Source: a virus (Duplodnaviria > Caudoviricetes). From it: 64,000 nt of DNA. Both the position numbers and the translations under genes were made by a program. Below the pieces are notes generated by a model, which searched no databases, was not told where the DNA came from, and was given only the letters and a program-made list of their open reading frames with translations. Numbering within the stretch: the stretch's first letter is position 1; each line of letters begins with the position of its first letter. Below, piece after piece: positions 1 through 9,344 of this stretch. The DNA lies in the IMG/VR virus record IMGVR_UViG_2919425241_000002, positions 1 to 64,000 of that record; one strand, given 5' to 3'.

Positions 1-492
1 ATGCTGTTTTTGACACATAAGGTTTTTGTTAGTTATCATCATGCCAATGACCAGACTAAAGCTGATTACTTGCGTTCGTATTACGGATCTAATAACACGC
101 TAATTGATCGATCATTGCCTTCTGAGCTTGACAGTGACGATAACGAGTACATCTTAGGACAAATTCGGACGAGGCATCTAAAAGACTCAACTGTCACAAT
201 AGTACTCATTGGTAGCGAAACACACGCAAGAAAATGGGTAGACTGGGAGATTTACTCATCACTTCGTTCTCATGGAGCACGCTCACGAAATGGCCTGTTA
301 GGTATATATTTGCCTACTGCTGGTGCAACACCGGCTCGGCTACAAGATAATATTGATTCAGGATATGCCATTACAATGACTTGGAGCAACATCTCCTTTC
401 AACTGGAGTCCAAAATTGAACAAGCATTTAATAACAGAGAAAAAGTTGAACTTGTTGAAAATTGGCGCCTTAGGAGGATAAGGAATAGCTGA
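1..492 (+). CDS. ThsB-like TIR-domain protein (MTH538/DUF1863 type); true start may be TTG at 10
   Basis: KVFVSYHH, STVTIVLIG, RKWVDWEI (catalytic Glu) and NGLLGIYLP motifs typical of Thoeris ThsB-type TIRs. Confidence 0.85.
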   Translation: MLFLTHKVFVSYHHANDQTKADYLRSYYGSNNTLIDRSLPSELDSDDNEYILGQIRTRHLKDSTVTIVLIGSETHARKWVDWEIYSSLRSHGARSRNGLLGIYLPTAGATPARLQDNIDSGYAITMTWSNISFQLESKIEQAFNNREKVELVENWRLRRIRNS

Positions 493-1175
493 TGGCACGA
501 AGACCTTATTTAAAGAAAAGGAGACATTCCCTCAAAGTGTTAATTTCAGCTGTAATATTTCTGGCGTTAAGTGTCACTTTCTTTTGCGTTCATTGGACTT
601 GGACTTATAACCCAGGGAAATTCGTTATTAACGGACCATTTAATCTTGGGACTTATGAATTTGATCGAGCCACATTATCTGGCAAAGAACAAGATATAGC
701 TTGGAAATTATATGTACAACTAACAACGAGGAAAGCGGCAATGCCTTACGATGAGGAGAATGATATCATTGCTGAAGTATATGATTCCTGGTACCAGCTA
801 TTCTCTTCAACAAGAGATTACTTAATCGAGATGCCGGCCAAAGATTTAGAAGGAAACGAGAATGCACAAGCAATTGTTAAACTCTCAGTAGATGTATTAA
901 ATGACGGTTTACGTCCTCATTTAACTAAATGGCAAGGGAAATATCGGAAGTGGTATGATTCAGCGTTGCAAAAGGAAGTAAACAAAGACCTGTCGCCTCA
1001 AGAGATTCAGAGACAATACCCTCAGTATGAAGAAATAATTTCTGATATCCGCGAAGTAAATGCTGAGCTTAAAAAATACGCTTTTGAACTAAAAAGATTT
1101 TCACATGAAGAGCCACCTAGTTTTTCTACAAGAGCCGTCGGATGGGTTAAGGATATTTGGAGTAAGTCTCGATGA
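492..1175 (+). CDS. Membrane-anchored protein of unknown function; candidate TIR-signal effector
   Basis: Basic N-terminus, one hydrophobic helix (aa ~16-34), then a helical soluble domain; TGATG coupling to the TIR gene. Confidence 0.7.
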   Translation: MARRPYLKKRRHSLKVLISAVIFLALSVTFFCVHWTWTYNPGKFVINGPFNLGTYEFDRATLSGKEQDIAWKLYVQLTTRKAAMPYDEENDIIAEVYDSWYQLFSSTRDYLIEMPAKDLEGNENAQAIVKLSVDVLNDGLRPHLTKWQGKYRKWYDSALQKEVNKDLSPQEIQRQYPQYEEIISDIREVNAELKKYAFELKRFSHEEPPSFSTRAVGWVKDIWSKSR

Positions 1176-1233
1176 AGGTAGATTGAGGCACCTTATCATA
1201 AGGGGTGCCCTTTGTTATTCCATTTAAAGGAGT

Positions 1234-2115
1234 TTGTTCATGTCAATAAGTACTTTAACGAACACAATCAATAGAATTCAACGCGACATTGCTGACTTAA
1301 ATAAAAAAATAAGTGATGAAAAGAAAAAAGAAGCTTCAAATACCGGGAGAATCAATCAAATCCAAAAAAGCATTTCAAAGTCGACCCCAGTTACCTCCGT
1401 AAACAGTAAGCTTATGCAAATTGAAAGAATTCAAAGAGAAAATGCTGGAATATCTAGCAAACAGGCCGACTTACAAAAACAATTAGCTAATAAGGTTTAT
1501 GAATTAAACAAACAACAAATAAATCTAAGTAAAGAACAAGAACGTGAGCAAAGGAAACTCGCTGATCTTGAAAAAAAGCGTGAACGTGAACGATTGGAGT
1601 ACCAGCAGCGCATTACACGTGAGCTTAAGGAACAAAAGGAACTTGTACTAAGCTTAACAAATGCAGGTTCTCATTCTAAACATACTGGTTTAGCATCAAC
1701 TGAGGAGAATGAGTTATTTGACGTCTTCATTTCTCACGCTAGCGAGGATAAAGATGACTTCGTTCGCCCTCTCGCTGAGGAATTAGTAAGGATCGGGGTA
1801 AAAGTTTGGTATGATGAGTTCTCGTTAAAATGGGGAGACAGCCTGAGGGTTTCTATAGACAAGGGGCTTTCTAATTCAAAATTTGGAGTTATCGTGATTT
1901 CTTCATCCTTTATAGGTAAGAAATGGCCTGAGTATGAGGTTAATGGATTGGTAGCCAGGGAGATGGCTGGGGGTAAAGTGATCTTGCCAATATGGCACAA
2001 GGTTTCTAAATCTGAAGTAATAAAATACAGCCCCACATTAGCTGATAAACTCGCTATGAATTCATCTGTTGATGAAATAGCAGATATAGCCAAACAATTG
2101 AAATCTCTTTTGTGA
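1234..2115 (+). CDS. Coiled-coil + C-terminal TIR_2 protein (TcpB/TirS-like, probable NADase)
   Basis: ~140 aa Q/K/E heptad-rich region, then FDVFISHASEDK, VWYDEF, WPEYE, ILPIWH. Confidence 0.9.
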   Translation: MFMSISTLTNTINRIQRDIADLNKKISDEKKKEASNTGRINQIQKSISKSTPVTSVNSKLMQIERIQRENAGISSKQADLQKQLANKVYELNKQQINLSKEQEREQRKLADLEKKRERERLEYQQRITRELKEQKELVLSLTNAGSHSKHTGLASTEENELFDVFISHASEDKDDFVRPLAEELVRIGVKVWYDEFSLKWGDSLRVSIDKGLSNSKFGVIVISSSFIGKKWPEYEVNGLVAREMAGGKVILPIWHKVSKSEVIKYSPTLADKLAMNSSVDEIADIAKQLKSLL

Positions 2116-2130
2116 GTACGTGGATTGCGA

Positions 2131-2152
2131 AGAGGACCTCTTGAGTCCTCTT
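2131..2152. terminator. Hairpin terminator between convergent TIR and endolysin genes
   Basis: AGAGGAC-N7-GTCCTCT inverted repeat followed by a pyrimidine run. Confidence 0.6.
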
Positions 2153-2173
2153 CTTTCCCAATTAACTAATTTG

Positions 2174-2914
2174 TTATTCTTCCGGCTGTCCTGATACTTT
2201 CCGCAGCTCATTTGCTAATCGATGTACTTCATCCTTGCTAGCCTGATCTACGCAAAGGCCATATACTGCGCTTAAAACGCCGATCACCTTATTCGCATCT
2301 TCTTTATTCAACATCAGTTCTTCCTCCTCAACTCGTAATGCATTCCATGAACCTAGCCCTTCATAGCCCTCATTCAGATCCACACCGATTCCGTTTTCCG
2401 TTATGTCGTTCTTGTACTGGTAAATATGAATTTTGTTAGCTTTCTTCCCGCGGCTCCAGGCGTAGGTCTGCCAGAACCTCGAACAGACGCGTTCAGCCAT
2501 AGCCGCATTGATTACGGTATATGAGCCGTATACGCCTGTGTTGTATCTCGGAGTAGCTTCACTAAAGCCTTTAATGTATTCAAGCACTATAGGCATCTGA
2601 GCTGCCGTGACGTCGAAGTCCACAGCCGTGTAGATCGTGGAGCCCTCAGGCTGACCGACTTGTTTGGCCACTTCGACAGCAGTGTACCCGTCATTAAGTC
2701 CGGCAGTCCTGCCGCCAAGGGCTCGATTGGCTGTTGTCTCGAATACAGAAATGATATCGATGCCAGCTTGATTGATCAGTCTAGACTCAGCTTTCGTCAT
2801 AGCCTTTTTGTAATTTGCGGGTACTAGGTACCGACCAACGAATGCATAGCCGGCTGCCGCAAAAGCAGCAGCCGTTTTAGCCGTTAATGGAGTGGAGCAA
2901 TCAAATCCCTTCAT
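2174..2914 (-). CDS. Endolysin, DUF1906/GH25-like glycoside hydrolase
   Basis: MKGFDC, FVGRYL, IYTAVDFD, GVYGSY, WQTYAWS; lies directly after the holin. Confidence 0.85.
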   Translation of the reverse strand: MKGFDCSTPLTAKTAAAFAAAGYAFVGRYLVPANYKKAMTKAESRLINQAGIDIISVFETTANRALGGRTAGLNDGYTAVEVAKQVGQPEGSTIYTAVDFDVTAAQMPIVLEYIKGFSEATPRYNTGVYGSYTVINAAMAERVCSRFWQTYAWSRGKKANKIHIYQYKNDITENGIGVDLNEGYEGLGSWNALRVEEEELMLNKEDANKVIGVLSAVYGLCVDQASKDEVHRLANELRKVSGQPEE

Positions 2915-3384
2915 TGCTGCACATCCTTATCCTGTGATGTTCCATCGCCTTTGGCTTTAAGTACCTGAATTATCTCTTTTAATTTTGGTGGCATAGGATA
3001 ACCCATTCTTCCATAATTCTCTGTGATCGAGATAAGCTCATTAGCGAGATAAAAATAAATGGCACCAGTCATTAAGACGTCGGTGCCAAGTAAGATATCC
3101 ATCCGATGAGCCAACATCACAACAACGAGCATGAATGCTTTCTTAGCCAAACCCCAGAACCCAACACTACTGTTGAGTCCTTTACCTTCCTTCAAGGAAG
3201 CTACCAATCCTGTCACGTAGTCAACTCCGATTGCCAATAAAAAGAAACTCAACAATTCGCTCCACCCCCCGAATGCATAAGATACTGCGGCACCAGTGAT
3301 GCCTGCTGCGGTCATGATGGATGCTTGTTGCTGAGTTGTTGTAAGGCCTAATGTGTCGGCAGCTATTTTCTTGAACATGAACAT
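2911..3384 (-). CDS. Phage holin (holin_4 / TcdE-like family)
   Basis: DYVTG, LNSSVGFWGLAKK, YLANELISITEN; three hydrophobic segments. Confidence 0.9.
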   Translation of the reverse strand: MFMFKKIAADTLGLTTTQQQASIMTAAGITGAAVSYAFGGWSELLSFFLLAIGVDYVTGLVASLKEGKGLNSSVGFWGLAKKAFMLVVVMLAHRMDILLGTDVLMTGAIYFYLANELISITENYGRMGYPMPPKLKEIIQVLKAKGDGTSQDKDVQQ

Positions 3385-3443
3385 GATCCACTCTCCCGAA
3401 AATGAAATAAGCCCCGATCGGATCGGTGGCCCAATTTTACAAG

Positions 3444-4727
3444 CTATGTACTTAACAAATATTCCACAAATCTTGTAATTGGTTTGGCGATGATTAAATG
3501 TCCGGCATCGTTCAAATGCGTTCCGTCCGGCATGTAGGTGTTTATAAAATCTGTGCCTTTCTCTATAACAATGCCACTTTCTGCATATAGGTTCAGATAA
3601 GGAAAGTTGTAATACTCCGCAACCTCTTTGATAATCGCAATGTATTGCAGCATCTTTGTACGCGATACAGTCGTCCGTTGAATCGGTGACATGACACCAA
3701 TCTTAGCATTCGGGAATTTGTCCATAGCTAGTTTGAAGGTCTTGTGGAGCGCCCCGTAAAATGTAGTGATTTCTCGGTCTGTGAATGTACCGATTGGCGA
3801 ATCATTCCCAATATCATTCGTTCCACCCATGAAGGTGATAACATCGGCGGCTGTGACGACATTCTGCAATGTTTCAAATAGTGTCCCTGTGATGCCACCG
3901 GACGTGACACAATATCGGTCGCCGCTCATGTCGAACAAAGTGACGCGCTCTAGATTTAAATTCTCGCAGACCGTCTTTTGATACGCTCCAGGTGGGCTTG
4001 AAATCGAGTCACCAATTCCTGCGTATTTTAAGCCTCTATACGACGGCTTAAGTGCCTTTACAAGAGATTGCCTTATATTCTCCGACCTGATCGTAAGTTG
4101 CCGTGTATCGTACGTCAAGGCCGATGTAACATAGATGTTTTCACTCAAGTAACCGAGATTGATAAGGTCGCCGTTTGTCGTCGAAGAAAGCCGAACATAC
4201 TTAGCCCCCACCGGAACAGTGAACGTATTGCCGATTCCCGAAGGAACGGGGCCAAACGTGACGGCCGAAACGAATTGCTTGCTTGCGTTATAGTAGCAAC
4301 TACTCCACGTCAAGTTAGTGCGATATGTTTGACCCTCAACAACCTCAATGAAGTCCGTCACGAAAGCCCCGGTGTATGAGTTCGCTACACCCGTAGTTGC
4401 CCCAAGAAGCCTGTCCATCGTGACCGTCGCTTTGTTGTAGCATTGCAATATCTCTTCATTCAGAAAGCGAGTCTGCCGGGCTGTAATGGAGTTATCCAAG
4501 ATAACCCCGCCACTCCCGCCGCCAAACGGTGCCCCGTTAAAAGTCGGTATGCCTCCGCTCTCGCCTATCTTATTCAGTGTCGCGAGGTTCGAGTGCGTAT
4601 GGCTACTCCCTCCACCGGATTGTTCGACTCCGTCTATCGTAAGCTTGTTGTTATTGTTAATGCCGAGCCTGTCTAAATCTTCTTTGTTGTCATGAGAATG
4701 ACCCGGAGAGTTGCGCTTATCAATCAT
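3444..4727 (-). CDS. Tail-associated SGNH/GDSL esterase with N-terminal HxH fibre repeats
   Basis: GDSIS, GGTND, DGTHLN blocks; HSHDN and HTHSN repeats at the N-terminus. Confidence 0.8.
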   Translation of the reverse strand: MIDKRNSPGHSHDNKEDLDRLGINNNNKLTIDGVEQSGGGSSHTHSNLATLNKIGESGGIPTFNGAPFGGGSGGVILDNSITARQTRFLNEEILQCYNKATVTMDRLLGATTGVANSYTGAFVTDFIEVVEGQTYRTNLTWSSCYYNASKQFVSAVTFGPVPSGIGNTFTVPVGAKYVRLSSTTNGDLINLGYLSENIYVTSALTYDTRQLTIRSENIRQSLVKALKPSYRGLKYAGIGDSISSPPGAYQKTVCENLNLERVTLFDMSGDRYCVTSGGITGTLFETLQNVVTAADVITFMGGTNDIGNDSPIGTFTDREITTFYGALHKTFKLAMDKFPNAKIGVMSPIQRTTVSRTKMLQYIAIIKEVAEYYNFPYLNLYAESGIVIEKGTDFINTYMPDGTHLNDAGHLIIAKPITRFVEYLLST

Positions 4728-4744
4728 GCAATTTTTCCTCCTTT

Positions 4745-7700
4745 CTAAATGACTTTAACTTCAAAGTTATCCATCCTTGAATCGGTTGCTCCATTGGATA
4801 CCAGTCCTACTTTGGTTGCTCCGAACAAAACGCTTGTTTGAAGGTCGATAACCAGAGTCGCACCAAGGTAACCTCTTATACGCTTCCCTTCGAGTACCAC
4901 TCTCAGCTTGTATGGAGCCGCGATCGCAGCTTGCACTGATTGCACTATCACCGTTTGGATGTTCGCAACATGCTTGATCAATTGAATCGTGTGCGTGCCG
5001 GCGGTACCCTTACGAACCAGTTCCAAGTAGTTGGATGGATCTGTATATCGGAACACTATCCCGTACTGCGTTGCGACGTCGGCTGCTACATCCACAGACA
5101 ATTCAAGTCCACTCGCGTACGCAGAGTCGATCCAGTTCAGAAGAGTTCCTGCAGCGAACGAAGAGTAAGCAGCATTGCTGATGATACCCAGTCCGTTAAC
5201 ATTACCAGAAGTCCACGTATGTCCGGAAGATGACGTACCTAAGCTCGTAGCAGAATCCGCACGGTCGAAGGTGTCAGCAATGACCACACTTCCACTAGCA
5301 ATAGGTGTTATTGTGTATACCCTTGTATACACCGCGCCTACGTTACCAAGACCGTCAATTGCACGATATTTTAACGTCGTAGTTGTAGGAATCGAGATAG
5401 GTGCCGAGTAAGGTGTCTTAGTATTATCAGGAGTAGATCCATCAGTCGTGTAGTAAATCGATGCGGTTTCGGTATTGATGGTTGAGAGAGTGACCGTTTG
5501 AGGTGTAGGATAAGTTCCATCCATTAAAGTGTTAGATACCCTTGGAGCTTCAAGATCCACAACTTCTTGTATACTGAAGTTGTCGAACTTCGGAACAGTG
5601 GCACCGTACAAAGCCATCCCATGCTTCGTTGCAGCAAACATCAGCGTGTCCAGGAAGGAGAATTGCAGAACTCCATCCATGAAGCATTCTACTAATTGGC
5701 CGCTCAGCTTAACCTTCAGAGTATGGGTTGAACCTGCCACGCTTACGATAGTTTTATCAGCAGGAATGTCGACAGTTTCTGCACCGCCTGTTGGAGCTGG
5801 ACTCGTAGTAAAGATGCCGAGCTTTGTATCCGATTTGAAACCAAAAGCGTATAGGCTCCCTGCACTGATATATCGGAACAAGATCCCTACCATTGTCGCG
5901 GAGAACGTGGATGGGATTGTGATATCCACACTGATCTCCAAGTTGTCGGATTTAGCAGCGTCAACGAACGTCCACCCTGTACTCGTCAGGGAAGTTGCGC
6001 TTCCGGCTTGGTTACCGATAATTTGAATGCCGCCGGACCATGCTTTACTGCCTGTCGCTGTCGTTCCAAGGGAAGCAGAGTCAGCACGATTAAAGTCATC
6101 TGTAATGTTCAAAAGTGAAGGAGTCGGAGCTGCTGTTGTTGCCGTCGTCGTCACTGCTGTTGATCGGTTGCCCGCACCATCAATAGCAACAATTCGGAAT
6201 GTATAAGGCGTATTACCGGTAAGTCCGGCGACTGTGTAGCTGTTGGATGACGGGTTAATCACCGCGCTCGCCACTGTAAAATTGGTACCGTCTGTCGAAT
6301 ATGCAGCCTCATATGCGGTGACATCACCGCTCACAGAATTCGTCCATGAAAGAGGTACGCTGTTTGATGTCGGTGTTCCAGCGCTCAATCCCGTAACCGG
6401 ATTCGGCGGTGTAGTGTCAGATACGTTAATCGTGTACGCAAAGTTTTGCACTGAGCTTACATTTCCTGCTTGGTCCCTGCCGATAGCATTGATTGACATA
6501 CTCGCATTGACTGCGATAGCCGAACTGTATTGCGCACTGCTCGTTGTCGGCGTGTCTCCATTTGTCGTATAGAAGATAGTCGTATTAGATTCATTGGACG
6601 ATAGCGTAACGTTCTGTACGCTGGAGTAAGCCCCCGGAGCAGGGTTAGCTGTGATAATTGGTGGCGTTGTATCTGCCGGAGCTGACGTTGTAAATGTCGT
6701 GCTCGTACCGCTCGCCACATTACCTGCAGCATCCTTAGCCTTGACTGTAAAAGTGTATTGCGTCCCCGCTGTAAGACCTGTGACGTTGTAGGAGGTCCCT
6801 GTCACGGTTGTCACTAGGCTTGCTCCATTATAGATGTCATATCCCGTTACCGCGACGTTATCCGTAGCTGCAGTCCAATTGAGCGTAACCCCTGTTTGAG
6901 TAGGTCCACTTGCCGTAAGATTGGTGACATTACTTGGCGCAGTTGTATCGGTAGGTATAGCGCTTGTTGTGGCGCTGACATTCGTGCCACTAGCAGCATT
7001 TCCACTTCCGTCCTTAGCCTTCACCCAAAAGGTATAGGATGTGGACGCCGCCAAACCGTTTACGTTGTATGTTGTTGCTGTAACGTTCGCTAGAAATGTC
7101 GACCCGTTATAGATGTCGTAAGAAGCAACGTCACTCGAAGCAGAAGCAGTCCAGTTCAACGTAAGGCCAGTCTGTGTGATGTTTGCCGTAGTAAGGCTTG
7201 TGACGTTAGCCGGCGGCGTCGTGTCTGCGCTAGAAGAAGTCGTGACAGTCGTTGAAGTCCCCGAAGCGATATTAGGAACTGCGTCTTTCGCTTTGACCGT
7301 AAACGTATATTGAGTTGCCTGCGTCAAGCCGGTTACATTGTATGTGGTCCCTGTTACGCTGGCCAGAAGAGTGGATCCGCGGAAAATATCGTAACCAACA
7401 CAATCGCCGGATGCGGAAGCAACCCATGTCAATGTGAGGCTCGTTGCTGTGAGCGCTGATACCTCAAGATTGGTTACGTTATCCGGAGGAGTGACATCCG
7501 CCGGCGGGGAAATTGCGAAACCGCCGATCGTCTGGATTCCTTCTGCACGCCACGGCACAGTGCTGTTTATTGTGACAACTGTAAATGGTTTATAGCGCCC
7601 TGTAACGACTTCCCCTGCTTTAACGACTCTCGTCTTACCGTTAATCGTAAAAGTAAGATCGGCAGCCCCGGGAGTGTTTGGTACCGAATCATTACTTACT

Positions 7701-7900
7701 TCAATCCCAGTCATTAGTTCAGAGAATTCCTTTGTCAGATTACCACTGCCGCTGAAGGGCTCATCCGAAACATCCACAGGAGTCGCCACTAGATACATCC
7801 CATCGCGTGATCTGATGATCTCCCACTTATTTTGCTCATTTAAAGCTTGCGGAGGAGTGACGTTGCCAATCCTTTTCATCGGTTCTAATTCATCCGGCAT
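4745..7900 (-). CDS. Large virion adhesin/fibre: FN3 repeats, chitobiase-C-like (FN3-associated) domains and two lectin-like domains
   Basis: Repeated DTTPP.NVT.L...LNWTAS...YDIY...YTFTVKAKD..GN; two I.YTT.G.TP motifs; two DxFxRADS domain starts. Confidence 0.8.
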   Translation of the reverse strand: MPDELEPMKRIGNVTPPQALNEQNKWEIIRSRDGMYLVATPVDVSDEPFSGSGNLTKEFSELMTGIEVSNDSVPNTPGAADLTFTINGKTRVVKAGEVVTGRYKPFTVVTINSTVPWRAEGIQTIGGFAISPPADVTPPDNVTNLEVSALTATSLTLTWVASASGDCVGYDIFRGSTLLASVTGTTYNVTGLTQATQYTFTVKAKDAVPNIASGTSTTVTTSSSADTTPPANVTSLTTANITQTGLTLNWTASASSDVASYDIYNGSTFLANVTATTYNVNGLAASTSYTFWVKAKDGSGNAASGTNVSATTSAIPTDTTAPSNVTNLTASGPTQTGVTLNWTAATDNVAVTGYDIYNGASLVTTVTGTSYNVTGLTAGTQYTFTVKAKDAAGNVASGTSTTFTTSAPADTTPPIITANPAPGAYSSVQNVTLSSNESNTTIFYTTNGDTPTTSSAQYSSAIAVNASMSINAIGRDQAGNVSSVQNFAYTINVSDTTPPNPVTGLSAGTPTSNSVPLSWTNSVSGDVTAYEAAYSTDGTNFTVASAVINPSSNSYTVAGLTGNTPYTFRIVAIDGAGNRSTAVTTTATTAAPTPSLLNITDDFNRADSASLGTTATGSKAWSGGIQIIGNQAGSATSLTSTGWTFVDAAKSDNLEISVDITIPSTFSATMVGILFRYISAGSLYAFGFKSDTKLGIFTTSPAPTGGAETVDIPADKTIVSVAGSTHTLKVKLSGQLVECFMDGVLQFSFLDTLMFAATKHGMALYGATVPKFDNFSIQEVVDLEAPRVSNTLMDGTYPTPQTVTLSTINTETASIYYTTDGSTPDNTKTPYSAPISIPTTTTLKYRAIDGLGNVGAVYTRVYTITPIASGSVVIADTFDRADSATSLGTSSSGHTWTSGNVNGLGIISNAAYSSFAAGTLLNWIDSAYASGLELSVDVAADVATQYGIVFRYTDPSNYLELVRKGTAGTHTIQLIKHVANIQTVIVQSVQAAIAAPYKLRVVLEGKRIRGYLGATLVIDLQTSVLFGATKVGLVSNGATDSRMDNFEVKVI

Positions 7901-7915
7901 TCTAAAGTGGCCTCC

Positions 7916-8236
7916 TTACGCTAGATCAGACTCAAAATTGATTAGAATATACCCCTGATTTGGGAAGGTCTCGATACTTCCGTCTTCGTGGGTAACCTTA
8001 AATTCCGCTTTCATCTTTCCCAGCTCTACTGTCTCTTCTAGTTCAAACGCAAAGCATACTAAGCCATCCGCTTCGTCTAAGACAATGGCCTCACGATTGA
8101 TCAAGGTATCATTACCCTGAATCTTCACCATGACAAATTTAATATTACAATTGTTCAGATTCACAGGATTGCCTTTTGGAGTTATCAGCTGGGCTTTAAT
8201 AGCTGTTCGAGTGTCATGGCGCTTCATGGTTAACAT
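7916..8236 (-). CDS. BppU/DUF2479-like baseplate upper protein (start revised to MLTMKRHDT)
   Basis: KRHDT, AEFKVT..DGSIETFPN.GYI motif; SD-like GGAAGTGGAG before ATG 8236. Confidence 0.7.
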   Translation of the reverse strand: MLTMKRHDTRTAIKAQLITPKGNPVNLNNCNIKFVMVKIQGNDTLINREAIVLDEADGLVCFAFELEETVELGKMKAEFKVTHEDGSIETFPNQGYILINFESDLA

Positions 8237-8237
8237 G

Positions 8238-8363
8238 CTACTCCACTTCCTTCTTCTCAACTACACTCTGCACTGGAGCGATAAAATAAGCGAGTGTTTC
8301 TACTTTCACCAGTGATACATTCACTTTGTTCTTGACCGATTCAATGATAATGCTCTTGTGCAT
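8238..8363 (-). CDS. Small 41-aa protein absent from the ORF track (MHKSIIIESVKNKVNVSLV...)
   Basis: GAAGGTG SD; fills the gap between the protease and BppU genes. Confidence 0.5.
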   Translation of the reverse strand: MHKSIIIESVKNKVNVSLVKVETLAYFIAPVQSVVEKKEVE

Positions 8364-8387
8364 GACCAGTAATCACCTTCTTGGGAT

Positions 8388-9326
8388 TTAGTTATTCTGA
8401 AGATAGGCCGCGAATTTCTTGAAGCCTAGAAACACATATTCAAAGTCTGCGTTCGTGAGCTGACCGGCATTATACTTCTGCTCGAAAGCTTGCCAGAAAT
8501 CAGGACTATTAAAAACTTTCTCCTTAATGAGAACATCAATCGCTTCTGAGAAAGTCATCTTATCAGGACTGATCTCAGCGGTACCTGTCCACATGTCAGT
8601 ACAGAACCCGCGGGTGAAGAAGCTCTTAGGAATCCAACAGTATCCAAACTGCCCCCAATTTGTCCCCCAACTATTTCTAACTAAGATGTATTGCTCCCCA
8701 GTGTCAAAGGTTTGATACCCGCAAGCAAGGACTGCGTGGCCGCCAAGAAAGGTTTCTTTCGATGTGTCCGGTACCGGGACCATTCCAGTATTTTTGACCG
8801 CTGAACTTTCGAAGCTATTGTAAATGCTGATTCCGAGTACAACAGGCTGTCCTTGCGCAAGTGCTACAAGCATATCATCATAGGACATAACCCGGTGATA
8901 TTCAGCGATCTTAAATTCTCCTGCACGAGCGTAAGCCTCGTCAGATGGTTTGTCCCGGAACTTCGATTCTACATAAGGCCATAGAGATTCAGGCGGGCAG
9001 CCGACCTGCTGCAGCACTTTCATGCCGTCTCTGATATATGCTCCTGAGTCCTCATTGATCGTCCCCTCGAGTTCACGTTCCTTCCAGTAATGAAAAAGAC
9101 GGCTTAGCCTGGTTAATGGCTTGCCGTCATTGATGAGTTGATATTCTCTTAGCCCACTTACAATTGCATTTGAAGTACAACTACCGAGACCACCCTGATC
9201 GACGACCGGTGAAAGTCTGTCTCTTAGGTCAACTCTTTCCGGAAGGTTTGCTGTTGAAAGTCGAGCCTTGAATGGGTAATCTCTCTGGTCAACTGGATCT
9301 GGTTTTAATGAATAGTGTCTAATCAT
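8388..9326 (-). CDS. Papain-family (C1A) cysteine protease with C-terminal extension
   Basis: LPERVDLR, DQGGLGSC (Cys), GGHAV (His), RNSWGTNWG (Asn). Confidence 0.92.
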   Translation of the reverse strand: MIRHYSLKPDPVDQRDYPFKARLSTANLPERVDLRDRLSPVVDQGGLGSCTSNAIVSGLREYQLINDGKPLTRLSRLFHYWKERELEGTINEDSGAYIRDGMKVLQQVGCPPESLWPYVESKFRDKPSDEAYARAGEFKIAEYHRVMSYDDMLVALAQGQPVVLGISIYNSFESSAVKNTGMVPVPDTSKETFLGGHAVLACGYQTFDTGEQYILVRNSWGTNWGQFGYCWIPKSFFTRGFCTDMWTGTAEISPDKMTFSEAIDVLIKEKVFNSPDFWQAFEQKYNAGQLTNADFEYVFLGFKKFAAYLQNN

Positions 9327-9344
9327 GTTTTTATCCTCCTCAGA

